A stretch of DNA of 48,051 nucleotides, the filler included, from Jimgerdemannia flammicorona (taxonomy: Eukaryota), in the NCBI GenBank assembly GCA_003990765.1. It is 2 parts of 2 records of this genome, joined end to end, with 100 filler letters (N's around TTAATTAATTAA, not from the genome) between each part and the next. Parts side by side here need not be neighbours in the genome. Positions count along the whole stretch, not along the records: positions 1 to 23,982 come from RBNJ01001038.1; positions 24,083 to 48,051 come from RBNJ01001039.1. One strand, given 5' to 3'. Below the pieces are notes generated by a model. The model worked only from the letters and a program-made list of their open reading frames with translations. It did not search any database and had not been told where the DNA came from. Positions 12,871-24,096 of the stretch are shown piece by piece; within the stretch, counting starts at the first letter, position 1; each line of letters starts with the position of its first letter. The translations under genes were made by a program, and so were the position numbers.

Positions 12871-13162
12871 CTATAGATTAACTTCATTTATTTTCTAGTT
12901 GAGATCTGGATTGTACTTAGTCAACTAAGTCTTTTTAAGAATAATATTATATTCTGGAAGATCTGCAATATTGAAATCTAGCTTCTCTTGATATTTACCA
13001 ATCTTAAGTAGTAAGTTTTTACAAACTTGGATCAATAGCTAGATCTTATTATTATCAAAGAATACTTATTTTTTTCTCAATTATTAGTTTACTTTGAGCT
13101 GTAATTCTCTTAACTGTCTTAATACTGATAAAGTTTTCTATAATACTGCTATCTAGTAGGAC

Positions 13163-15447
13163 TATAACAATTTTACAGTCATATTTAGTCTTAGTATATT
13201 TTCACATCTTTTAGTTAGTCTTTTCTTATCATTTCTTGAATATTCTACTATGTTCTGCCATCTTCTACTTACTTAGAAACCTTCTCTCAGTACCTAGACA
13301 CTATTAGAACATTCTTGTCTTTCCTTGATACTAAGTATCTTGTCTTAGCTAGTTATGGAACCTTTCAGAACATTGTAGAATAGTATTAGTCAGCTTTGCT
13401 GAAAACCTATTTCTTAGTATTTCTCTTTTTTTTCAAGATCCTTCTGGATCTTTCTTTCAGATCATATATAAATATTCTTGTTCTCTACCTGAATAAAGCT
13501 TAGAATATTTTCTCCCAGAAATTCTTCAAGAATACTTGAACCTTTAAGTATCTCTTCAAGCTACTTTAAGTCAACTAGAACTTCCATATTTAACTGCTTC
13601 CTCTTAAAAGAAACTAGAACTATTATACTTGGTAGCAGTAGTATCATTATACCTTATCTTATTAAGAAACCTTATATGAATTTGGAAACCAGTCACAAAT
13701 AGTCATATAAATCTAAAATGAGCCACAAAGAGTCAGTCTACCAGCTAGACCCCTCTGCTACAGAAGAAGCAAGAGGATTGCAGCTCAATATAGAGAATAT
13801 GATCAATGCTATGGCCCACCAAATCTAAGAACTTCAAGTATAACTAGAATAGCAGAAAACAAGAACTGTGAGTATATCATATTCTGCTATAGTACTAGTT
13901 AGTTTCAAGCCACTCAAGCCAGATACCTTCAACAGCCATCAAGGAGAGCTATCTATAGATGTATGGACCTTTCAGTTGGACCAATACTTTGAGCTCACAA
14001 GAATGGAAGAAGACATGTAAGTCCAATTTGCCACCATACTCCTTTGAGGAAATATAGCTATCTGGTGGTACAATCATATTATAGTTACCTCTGTATACTC
14101 ATATGCATGAATCAGAGACTGGAAAGCCTTCAAGAGAGCCCTTCACAAGCAGTTCAAGCCTGCTAATGCTATTAAACTAGCTAGAGATAAGCAAGCAAAC
14201 ATTAAGCAACTCAAGTCTGTATAAAGCTATAATGTACAATTCTTATCAATCCTATTTGAGCTATCAGTAATACATATCTGAGGATGAAAAGATAGACTGC
14301 TATGTCCAAGGCCTAAAGGAAAACACATGAGTCAAGGTCAAGCTAGAAGAGTCCAAAAATCTTGATGAAGCCATGAGAATTGCTGATGGGTTTGATGTTA
14401 TCACTTTTAATAACTGCTTTAAACCAGAATACTACAAGAAGAACCACTTTGAGAACTGTCATAAGAACCAACTAAGGACAGTTAGCCCAGCACTAATAGA
14501 TCTAGACACTATGAACAAAAAGAACACCAAGCTTATCTCTGAAGAGAAGAACTACCTAAAGAAATCCAGAACCTGTTTCTTCTATTGCCAAACAGAACAC
14601 ATTGTAACCAAATATCCTAAGAAGACTAGTGAATCCTCAAGACCAGTTACTGTATTGTCCAAAGATATATCTGTCAACCCTAATCTGAGCTCAAGATCAA
14701 GAAGCTTCATCTGAGGGCCTAGATCTCTCAATATCAAACAGAAGGAGCCATTGGTCTTGACCTATACTCAGTCAAATAAGTCACTATTCCAGCTAAGGGC
14801 CAAACTCTAGTATCTACTGGAAGTTCAATATCCTGAAGGATATTATGCCAAAATTGCACCATAATCAGGACTTAGTGTCAAATATCATTTAGATATAGGC
14901 ACTGATATCATTGACTCAGACTTTCAAGGACAAGTTTAAGTTCTACTTATCAATCAGAAGGATCAAGACTATACAGTTAAGGAAGGAGACCAAGTCATGC
15001 AAATGATTCTAGAAAAAGCCAGTTAACTCAAGATTATAGAAGTCCAAGAACTCCCTGAGACCAAATAAGATAAAAAAGGTTTTGGCAGCACTGATTAAGC
15101 AGTAAGTCTTAGTGAAAATTGAGCTCAAGCTATGCTCATTTTCAAAGGCCTAGTCAAAGGAAAGAAGTTCAAGTACTTATATATAGATAGTGGAGCTATA
15201 GGGAACTTCATTAATCAGAATCTCATTAAAAGCCTCAAGATTCTTACCAAGCCAATACTCAAGAATAATAGTATAGTTACTGTAGATGGTACTCTGTACC
15301 CCATTGAGTCAATTGTCACCAAACTACTCATTAAGATCCAGAAATATTGGGAATGAGTAGACTTTAAGATTACACTACTAGGAGATTATAATCTGATTTT
15401 AGAAAAACTCTGACTTATGAAACACAACCTAGATATTGATTAGTGCA
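13163..15447 (+). mobile_element. 5' part of a Ty3/Gypsy element: LTR, PBS, gag, zinc knuckle, dUTPase, protease (decayed), truncated by a chromovirus insertion
   Basis: LTR 13163-13628 followed by a TGGTAGC PBS. Gag from ~13718 (PLKPDTFNS...DVWTFQLDQYF...AIWW), degenerate CCHC (CFFYCQTEHIVTKYP), dUTPase, then protease YIDSGAIGNFI. Confidence 0.88.
14690..15097 (+). pseudogene. dUTPase domain within the Gypsy element
   Basis: LKIKKLH...GAIGLDLYS...LVSTG...YPEGYYAKIAP*SGLSVK...IIDSDFQG...EGDQVMQMILEK...KGFGSTD: all five trimeric dUTPase motifs, with stops at probable CGA/CAA codons and a frameshift after LVSTG. Confidence 0.9.
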
Positions 15448-17507
15448 TGTAAGAGGGTTACTTTTTAGGGTAGCCATTACATAGTTCTAGAAGAGTTTTC
15501 TGGGAGTTCTGGATATTCTGGAAGACTGTTTTCTTATAGTCAAGATCAATTTCATATAGAGTACATCCTATATGCTTATTGATTTCAAGATTGGGTTGAT
15601 GTCTCAACCAAAGTCCTTTTTCAGACTAGTTCTGGATGTTCAGAGTTTCTGTATTTCAGGAAGTTTAAGAAACTAAGACCAGCTTAGTTGAATTGGCATA
15701 TCACTGCAGACAATACCCAATTAGGAAATTTCATGATGGGGTTAGGAGTGGGACCCAACAGGGAACAGATTTACTTAAGAGTGATTTGTGGGTTATTAAA
15801 TAGGTTTATTTGCTATTCATGATATTGCTATACTAGGAGTAGTTGTATGAAGGGATATTGTGGGGAAGTATTCAGGAATGTTCTTGTGTGTTCGAGTCTG
15901 GTATTCTGAGGTCTGGGGGAGGGGATATTTATACTAGTGAGGGGCTATCTGGACTATACTGAATATGGATGTAGTACTAAGTACCTTGCTGAGTCAAAAT
16001 GCAGTCATATAGTATAAGTGTGATCTGACATGTCAAGAGATCGTCTGACTGCTGAGTTAGTTCACAGTTACATCATATAAAGCTAATCTAACTATACTAT
16101 GACTGCTAGGCTATTTATGGGTTTAGGCGCTGTCTGGATAGTCCTTGATGACATCACCATCAATTGCATCATCTCTGATGAAGTAGTCATCTAAGAAGAG
16201 TGGTTTGCGGATTACTTTTCCTTGTTTGCTGAGGTAGTAATATATTGGGACTTCATCTCCATCCCACAGAATAGCATCATCTGTCTCATAGGCTGGATAA
16301 GGTGTTGGTGGATGAAGGATGGGTGTATTGTCTTTGCTTTCATTGGATTTGCTGTCTGTGTACCTTCTATAGGTTACAGCGCTATGAGTTGCAGGATTGT
16401 AGTAAGCTGGTAGCTGTGGTTCATATCACTCGTACTCAGGTAGTGGAGTGGTTGGTTCGATCTTGAGGGTTGTCTGGAGGTATATGTTGTATTCTCTGGT
16501 CTCTTCATTATAGTTGAAGTAATCAGGGGTGAATGTGGGTTGGTATTCATACCAGTGGTCATTGTCCCAATAAGTCTTGTATGCAGTTATAAACTGTTGT
16601 AAGTTCATTGGCAAGGTTGGTGGAGTGATCAGAGTTGGCAGAGATCCTTAGCTAGAGGTCATGTCAGCATCAGAGGGATCATTGTCTTCTGCTTCATCTT
16701 CATCAAAGTGGATTATATTGTAGATATCCTTCATAGTGTATCCAACTTGGGGCATTTGCAGGATCTGATCATTGGGGTGTAGAAGGTTCTGTCTGTGGTT
16801 TCGATATACTCGAGGTACTTCTGGTTGAGTTCTTGTATCATGTCATTGATTTGACCATAGGATAGAGTAGCAACCATTTCACTGGTAGTAACTCAGAGGC
16901 AGGGAATAATGGTGCTGTACTCATAGAAGAGTTCTCGATATTTGTGGGCGATGAGCTTCTGGTGTTGAGACATCTGGGTAATGTCTGTATCATAGTGGTG
17001 TTCGACCATGTCTTCCAGGAGGTGGCCAATCTGGTAGTAGCTTGAGATTTGTCTGATTTTGTGGGCCTCACTAAGCATGTTCAGAGCATTCCATCGGGCT
17101 TCCACGAAGTAGAGGGGTGCTAGGCTATGGATATTCATGAGGGGCAGAGGGGGTGTGGCTCGGTTGACAATGGTATTCCAAATGTCAGCACAGATGTGGT
17201 TATAGATCTTGGTGGTCATGTTTGTGTGTTTGGAAGTTGTGGTTGTTGTTTGTCTTAGTTCTCTGATTTGACACATCTTGGTACTTGGTATATATGCATT
17301 TGGTCCTGATTGATAAGACTCCGTTTGTGTGAATCTTGTGTTCTGTGACTTCATATTGACTCAGCTTTGTACATTGTAACTTCGGTTTGACTCAGCTTCG
17401 TGATCGAGCAGGTAATTTCCAGATTTGTTCAGAGGTTGCATGAGATTTCAGTGGCTTGTTCAGAGGGTGACATATAATTTCAGTGGCTTGGAGGTTGTGT
17501 GCCTACA
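15448..17507 (-). mobile_element. 3' LTR (2060 bp) of a chromovirus, containing an internal ORF
   Basis: On the minus strand it starts TGTAGGC directly after the PPT AGAAGGGGAGAGT and ends CTCTTACA; a solo copy with TSD lies at 10427-12870. Confidence 0.9.
16123..17219 (-). pseudogene. LTR-embedded ORF, ~365 aa, unknown function
   Basis: MTTKIYNHICADIWNTIVNR...YFVEARWNALNML...DIYNIIHFDEDEAEDND...YWDNDHWYEYQPTFTPDYFNYNEETREY...FLDDYFIRDDAIDGDVIKDYPDSA*. One frameshift and one stop in this copy are open in the solo-LTR copy. Confidence 0.7.
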
Positions 17508-19382
17508 ACTCTCCCCTTCTTAGCTTTCGACATCCTCATTGGGGCCTACCAATTTTGTTCAGTAGTATAGGGAGGATAGGCTTGCTTTCAGTTTTGCCAT
17601 TTTTCCAGAGGGTCAGTATTCTTGTCTTGTTTTGCTGAGTTCTTAGTTTGGTTTGCAATAATTATATGTTCAGGAGGATAATATATAGTATGTACGGATA
17701 GGTGCAGAGTATTTGGTTCTAGTTGTTCAAGGAATCATATTTCTGAACTAGATCAGTAGCATTCTGAAGATTAGTCTTGGGTTCCCAGGTTGCATCATGG
17801 ATTGGGTAACCTTTCCATTTGACAAGGTACTCAGGGTGGCTCTTGTTGCCATGTTTGTTGAGGATTTGTTCAACTTCATATTCTTCTTGATCATTAATAA
17901 TGACAGGTGCAGGTGGTTTGGTGGTCCAGTTTGGAAATAGCTTGTCATCATTCTCATTATATTGCTTGAGGCATTAAACATTAAAGACTGGGTGAATCTT
18001 AATGATATTCGGTAGCACCAATTTGTAGGAGGTTGGAGAGACTTGTGCAATGACTTCAAATGGTCCAATGAACTTGCTGTTCAGCTTTGTAGATGGTCTA
18101 TGCTTGAGGTTGTCAACTTGGTATCCTCTGATGTCCAGTAGAACTTTTTCACCAATATCAAAGGTTTCTTCTCGGTGGTGTTGGTTAAAATACTGTGACT
18201 GTTGTTCTTGAGCTTGTGATAAATTCTCAATTGTGATCTGGCTTAGATTGTGCATTCAGAGTAGGAATTCTTCAATAGCTTTGACTGTGGAGGGTTCATT
18301 GGTAGTTTGGAGAAGCATCAAAGGGGTGTTTGGGTTTTGTCCAGTGTTGGTGAAGAATGGGGTCATTCCCAGGGAGGCTTGCTTGCTGTTGTTATAAGCA
18401 AACTCAACTGCTGTCAGGTATTTATGCCAATCATCTTGTCTGTAGGAAACATAGTTTCTTAACATTTATTCTAGAGTTTGGTTCATTCTTTCAGTTTGAC
18501 CATCAGTTTCTAGGTGAAAGGCTGTGGATAGTACAAGTTTTGTTCCAAGGTGTGGATGGAGGGCTTTCCAAAAATAGCTGGTGAATTTCAGGTCTCGGTC
18601 ACTAATGATGATCTTGGGAAGACCATGATAGTGGAAGATGTTGTCAAACAACAGTATGGCTATGTCTGGTGCTGTTGCAGTAGTGGTAGTAGACACAAAG
18701 TGGGTTTGTTTGCTGAGATAGTCCATAAAGACAACAATTGCATCTTTCCCATTCTTTGTTCAGGGTAGTTGTACAATGAAGTCCATAGAGATTTGTTCCC
18801 AATTCACAGATGGTACTGGGATAGGGTGAAGTAAGCCAGGTTTTGCTAGTGTTAAGGACTTGTTTCATTGGCAGGCATCACAGGAAGTGATGTAGGTTTT
18901 GAGCTGATCTGCCATGCGGAGCCAATAGAAGTTCCAGGAGATAACTTTATAGCATTTGTCAAATTCTAAATGTCCAGCTGTAGGAGCATCATGGCATTCG
19001 AATAGGATAGTCCTTCGGAGGTCTCAGTTGTTTGGGACATACAGTCTGTCTTTATAGTAAATAGTATTGTCCTTCAGTTGGTATTGATGATACTGTGTAT
19101 GCTTATTAGCATTATCACTATTCAGGATTTCTCGCAGTGCTTGAGCTTCCTTATCATCGGCACATGCTGTAATAATTTGTTCCATGATGGAGTTTGTAAC
19201 CAAGGTGAGAGTTTGGATAATTTCTTCGATTGGCAGTCTGGAGATTGCATCAGCAACAATATTTTCCTTGCCAAGGTAGTACTGGATTTCGTAGTCAAAG
19301 TTGGTAAGGACTTTCATCTATCTGGCTTGCTTTTGAGAAAGGGTAGCCTGTGTCTTGATATTGACTAATGATTTGTGGTCAG
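17508..19382 (-). mobile_element. Chromovirus pol 3' half: RNase H end, integrase, chromodomain (decayed)
   Basis: TDHKSL...FDYEIQY.LGKENIVADAISR; HHCC (HDAPTAGH...SCDACQ); ISMDFIVQLP; TDGQTER; KFIGPFEV; chromodomain EYEVEQIL...YLVKWKGYPIHDATWEP. Confidence 0.93.
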
Positions 19383-22143
19383 TAGTACATCGCAACCCAA
19401 GCCGACCTGTGTATATATTTAACCCGACCCAGAATTATATGTCACCCATCTTTAACCCGACCCAGAATTATACATCACCCGTCTTTAACCTGACCTGGAA
19501 TAATACATCACCCGTCTTTAACCCAACCTGGAATTATACGTCACCCATCTTTAACCCGACCTAGAATTGTACATCACCCATCTTTAACCTGACCCGGAAA
19601 GATATATTACCCATCTTTAACCCAATCTGGAAATGTATGTCACCTGACCCGTTATTTACCCTTAACCCAAACCTGAACCTGACCCCTGAACCCAACCCTG
19701 AACCTGACCCCTGAACCCAACCCTGAACCCGACCCTCTGAACTCTGCTCTGAAAAAATGATTCGGAAAATATTTGGATAATATTCAGAGTAATTGAAAGT
19801 GAAAAATATCTGAAGACCACCAAGAATCCAAACACATGCATGTACGAATTGTATTTACACACAAGCTATTTTGACATTCAGTCACTAGCTCACCAGCAAT
19901 AGAAAAAATACATTCAGATGGAATAGATGTTGCCAAAATAGCAAGATAATCGCGAGCCATTCGTGAAAGATTAGGATATACCGACTGATTTCACTGCCAC
20001 CAATCCAGTATATCTATACGAGGATCAGCTGGATTCTTTGACAAATAACTGAAACAGAGAAATATGAGTGAAAATTAACCAAGCCAATCAAAAAACATAA
20101 AAACAACACCCACCATTCAAGCTCATCATCTACATTGATGCACTGTTTCTTCTCATATATTGAGTTGATAAAATCATCGGCATCACGAGATATTGAGGGT
20201 ATAATGATAGCATTAACAGGCTTATACTCCTTTTCCCAGATACGTTCCATCTGATTCTTCCATTCATCAATTAAGGATTTTTTCCATTGCTCATGACAGA
20301 AATAATGCATGTTGATATGTAGATCTAAGGCCGAAGCTATGCTGTATAATGGTGTCGTCTTACAGTAATACTTTAGAAGTTTCGTATGTGCATTCTCAGC
20401 AGCAGTAAGCATTATCTATAAAAAATAAAAATATATACATATTACTTCCCAATTACTTACTAAATTAGTTCCTAAATTTACAAATAAAATTACTTTCAAA
20501 ATCATATATATGTATACCTGATTAAAATGTTCACTAGTTTGATATGTATCAATGATATCTTTGAGGTAATTACATAGCCGATTAAATAGTGGGATAACAG
20601 CCACTATTGTAGAATACTTCGAAGCTGACATCACAGTTGTCACTTTGGCAAAAGGCTTGAGAAATCGGCAAATCAATTCAAATTGTTACCATGCATCTTC
20701 AGATATATTGCTCATTTGTTTATCTATAGCACACAATATATCCAAGCCCTATTTGGATGTAATATCAATTTATTTAGTACCAAAATACTTCCGAATTGTA
20801 TTCCAAAATCTATACAAATAGATTCAAAATCTTACCTTATGAATCTCCAGAGCACGCACTAACATTTTATGTGTAGAACTCCATCTCATCGTAACATCTA
20901 AGAGAGGCTTCAAAATGGAAATTCTGGAGGATTCACAGACCTTTGCCAGTTGTGCTTGTCGTTGCACTGAATTTTTGATCTTCTTTATCAACTCCCGTAG
21001 CTTTCCAATGGGCTCGCTAAGAGAACCAAGAGCATCATGAACGACGAGATTCAACACATGCCCGAAACAGCGTACATGAGTGAGCGGATGATGGAGATTC
21101 TCAAACAGAGTATCATTGTTACTGGCATTGTCACACACAACAGCAATGATTTGATTGTCACTAGGCAATAAATCATCTATTACCAGCTCTAGACTTTTTG
21201 CAAGATTGGCACCCGTGTGTATTATTTCGCTGATATTCACAAAGTCTAAGATAATGTCATGCATCTTCCAATCACTATCAATCTAATGGGCTGTAATTCC
21301 AAGGAAAGCCTTGATGTTAATATCCGATGTCCAACAATCAAGTGTAAGTGACACCTTTGACTTGAGTCCTGCTAGCCTTGCTTTCACTTGAGTCTGCAAT
21401 AGTTCGAATTTCTTTCAAATAACTCACGAAATCGTATCAGCCAATGGAAGGGCCAGATCAGGGCATAATATGTGAAGGAGATACTTGAAGCCAGTATTTT
21501 TGATAGTGGAGAATGGCTGATATCCAGTGACAATAAAGTTGGCAATTAACCGATGGAAATTTTCATCACTTAAAGTCTTACTAGTATGTTCCTATTTGTA
21601 ATAATAAAATTTGATCAATTATTTTTCTAATAACCTCCTAAGTACTTCCCAAATTCCATTCTATCCATACTCACAATATCATCTTTCTTAGACCAGCGAG
21701 GATTCTCAGCACGCTGGAGAGGTAAGAGCATGGCATTGTGATGCTTCCAGAGATGTTGTTTAAGATTGTTGATATTGCTGTCCTTCGATATATAGCTCCA
21801 AGTCATGTAATGGTTGCAACTGATGAGCTTACTTTGTAAATTCTATTTGAATAGAGAGATATGAGACTATATTAGAACCTCAACCACTTACAACCAACCA
21901 CCCACCCTTACGACTGAGACCAATCACCCCTATGAATTCAACCATTAGTATAATGTATAAAACTACCTTTGTGGCATGATTCTACACCCAGCTATCATCA
22001 GGTTTTGTTTTTATTTTTATTCTCGTGCTCGTTGGTGATAACGAACTGGTGGAGATATCTGATATATCCTCTGATATATCCTCTGATATATCATCCAATG
22101 GTTCTGAGATTTCTCCTAAATATACTTCTTGATCATTAGACAT
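19383..22143 (-). mobile_element. hAT DNA transposon: intron-containing transposase (pseudogenised) plus 3' subterminal repeats and probable TIR
   Basis: Minus strand: LTLDCWTS...FLGITAH, VVCDNASNN, RCFGHVLNLVV, DVTMRWSSTHKML and hATC YPNLSRMARDYLAILATSIPSE. A TAGTACATCGCAACCC terminus at 19383 interrupts the RNase H TDH motif. Confidence 0.9.
19418..19745. repeat. Subterminal arrays: 7 x 33-bp unit followed by AACCCTG/ACCCCTG heptamer-like repeats
   Basis: TTTAACCCGACC(C/T)RGAATTATACATCACCCRTC with its AACC core at 19421, 19454, 19487, 19520, 19553, 19586 and 19619. Confidence 0.9.
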
Positions 22144-22485
22144 TTTGAATGTTTGATGATAGCAGGAACTGGGAGCTTGAGTGGGAGGCCAAGAGCTGGA
22201 AAGTGGCTAGGAAGTGGCTAGGAAGTGGTGAGCTAGGGAGTGGTGAACTGGGAAACGAGCTGGGGGGGGCAGTGAACTAGGGGGCAGGGAGTTGTGGGGA
22301 GGCGGCGAGCAGTGAGCGGCAGGAAAAGCCAGAAACTGTGGGGGACAGCGAGAGAGAGAGCAGCGAGGTGGCATGCGATAGCCAATGATCGATTATGGAC
22401 AGAAGATGGATGAATAAATATGCATGGGTGGTGAACTGGTACCCATCACGCAACTGCAAACAGCAAACAGCAAACATACTTTGGA

Positions 22486-23140
22486 GATTCAGCGTGTTCT
22501 GCATTGAGCAAGGTTTGCAACGACATTTGAGCAAGGTTTGTAGTGCGTTTGAGCGAGATTTGCAGTGAGGTTCAAGCAAGATTTGCAAGCAAGATTTGCA
22601 AGTGAGATTTGCACATAAGATTAAAGCGAGATTTGCATAAGCTAGGCTTTGCAAGCCTTGTGCTTGTAAGCCTGGACTCAGTCACAAGCTGATATGATGT
22701 ATATATAAGCTGATATCATGTGATATCAGCTATCAGCTGAGCTTGCAAGCACAAGGCTTGCAAATCTCACTCGAACCTCGCTGCAAATCTCGCTCAAATG
22801 CACTACAAATCTCACTCAAACATCGTTGCAAACCTTGCTCAATCGGGGCTTACACAGAACCCACTGAATCACGCAGAGAGGAGTAGAATGCAGTGAGGAA
22901 AGCTCCAGATTACAAGCATAAGTGTAAGCATAAGTGTAAGCATAAGCGTAAGTGTAAGCATAAGCATAAGCGTAAGCGTAAGTATAAGCTTTGCTCCGCT
23001 CAGTCTGATAAGCTGATAATAAGCTGATATCACATGATATCAGCTATCAGCTGAGCGGAGCAAAGCTTGTGCTTGTGCTTATACTTATACTTACGCTTGC
23101 AATCCGGAGCTTTCCTTACTGCATTCCACTCCTCTTGCAT
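22486..23140. repeat. Two adjacent long imperfect inverted repeats sharing one palindromic core
   Basis: Arms 22486-~22670 and ~22740-22870; arms ~22876-23003 and 23050-~23138. Cores AGCTGATATCATGTGATATCAGCT (22708-22731) and AGCTGATATCACATGATATCAGCT (23022-23045). Confidence 0.85.
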
Positions 23141-23244
23141 TCTACTCCTCTTGCATTCCACTCCTCTTGCACAACTCTCACATATTCCTTCATCTCCCTC
23201 ACCCTCATTCCTCAGATTGCAAACAACATGCAATTTAGAAATGG

Positions 23245-23516
23245 GTTTTGAAAGAGATTTCAAAGAGATTCCGAAAGAGATTTCGAAGAGATTCGGAAAG
23301 AGCTTCTGAAAGAGATTTCGGAGAGATTCTGAAAGAGCTTCTGAAAGATGTTATAGCTTTTGAACATTTAAGATATCGAAAGCTTACTTTTGCCTCTTGT
23401 TCTTTTCGCCTCATCCTTCGCTTTGCCTCATTCTTTGCTTCGCCTCGTCCTTTGCTTCACCTCGTCCTTCGCTTCGCCTCATCCTTCGCTTCGCCTCATC
23501 CTTCGCTTCGCCTCAC
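23245..23516. repeat. Short tandem arrays (GAAAGAGATTTC-like 12-mer; CTTCGCCTCATC-like)
   Basis: Visible periodic repeats at 23245-23348 and 23405-23516. Confidence 0.8.
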
Positions 23517-23982
23517 TTAATTCACTGCTATGTTGAGAAAACATGGATATGACTGCCTGGCCAATAAGTATTTACTTGGCCCCCCCCCAAGCTCAACGTG
23601 CTTCAGCTCACCGTCCCAAAGCTCGGCACCCTAAAGATGCCCAGCTTGCTAACACTCAGCCTGCCGAGCTTGCTGACACCCAGCCTGCCGAGCTTGCCGA
23701 CACCCAGGTTACCAAGCTTGCCGACTCCCAGCTCACTGACCCTCAGCTCCCCACTCTCCAGCTTGACCACCAGCTTGCCGCCAGTCCGCAAGCACAAGGT
23801 CCCCCACCAGATCCCAATAACGCAGCTCAAAAAAGTTAGTTTTTTTTTTTTTTCTTTTGAAATCAATGTCTGACTTTTTTTCCTAATAACATTCGAAATA
23901 TACATATCCTCCAGCTTCTAAGCCTGGGCCGGAGTGCAAATCTTGCTACAATTGTCATTTTTGCCATCAAGTTTGCCCAAAC

Positions 23983-24082
23983 NNNNNNNNNNNNNNNNNN
24001 NNNNNNNNNNNNNNNNNNNNNNNNNNTTAATTAATTAANNNNNNNNNNNNNNNNNNNNNNNNNNNNNNNNNNNNNNNNNNNN
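23983..24082. other. Scaffold gap with an artificial TTAATTAATTAA spacer
   Basis: An N run with a stop-in-all-frames linker in its centre. Confidence 0.95.
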
Positions 24083-24096
24083 AAAAAAAAAAAAAA

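Larger units (their letters stand above)
9750..13162 (-). pseudogene. Decayed Ty3/Gypsy pol (protease-RT), split by a solo LTR at 10427-12870
   Basis: Minus strand: LDSSIIENFI (~13150) and KYQEKLDF...YNIILKKT*LTKYNPDLN* (~12900, protease tail). Left of the insertion is RT: IYQLTQSELKVLKKEL...YIDY*VLNKITIKNQYTLSKID...FSLLDL*NGYY*I...EKIVFRI. Confidence 0.85.

Noticed and set aside
19418..19650. Regular 33-bp repeats resembling a CRISPR array
   Set aside because: Head-to-tail units with no unique spacers and no cas genes, in a eukaryotic context; they sit just inside a hAT terminus as subterminal repeats.
19657..19745. AACCCT-like telomeric repeats
   Set aside because: Short, degenerate and internal, and continuous with the hAT subterminal AACCC motif.
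24027..24038. TTAATTAATTAA palindrome
   Set aside because: It lies inside the N run and is an assembly spacer; adjacency across the gap is also unverified.
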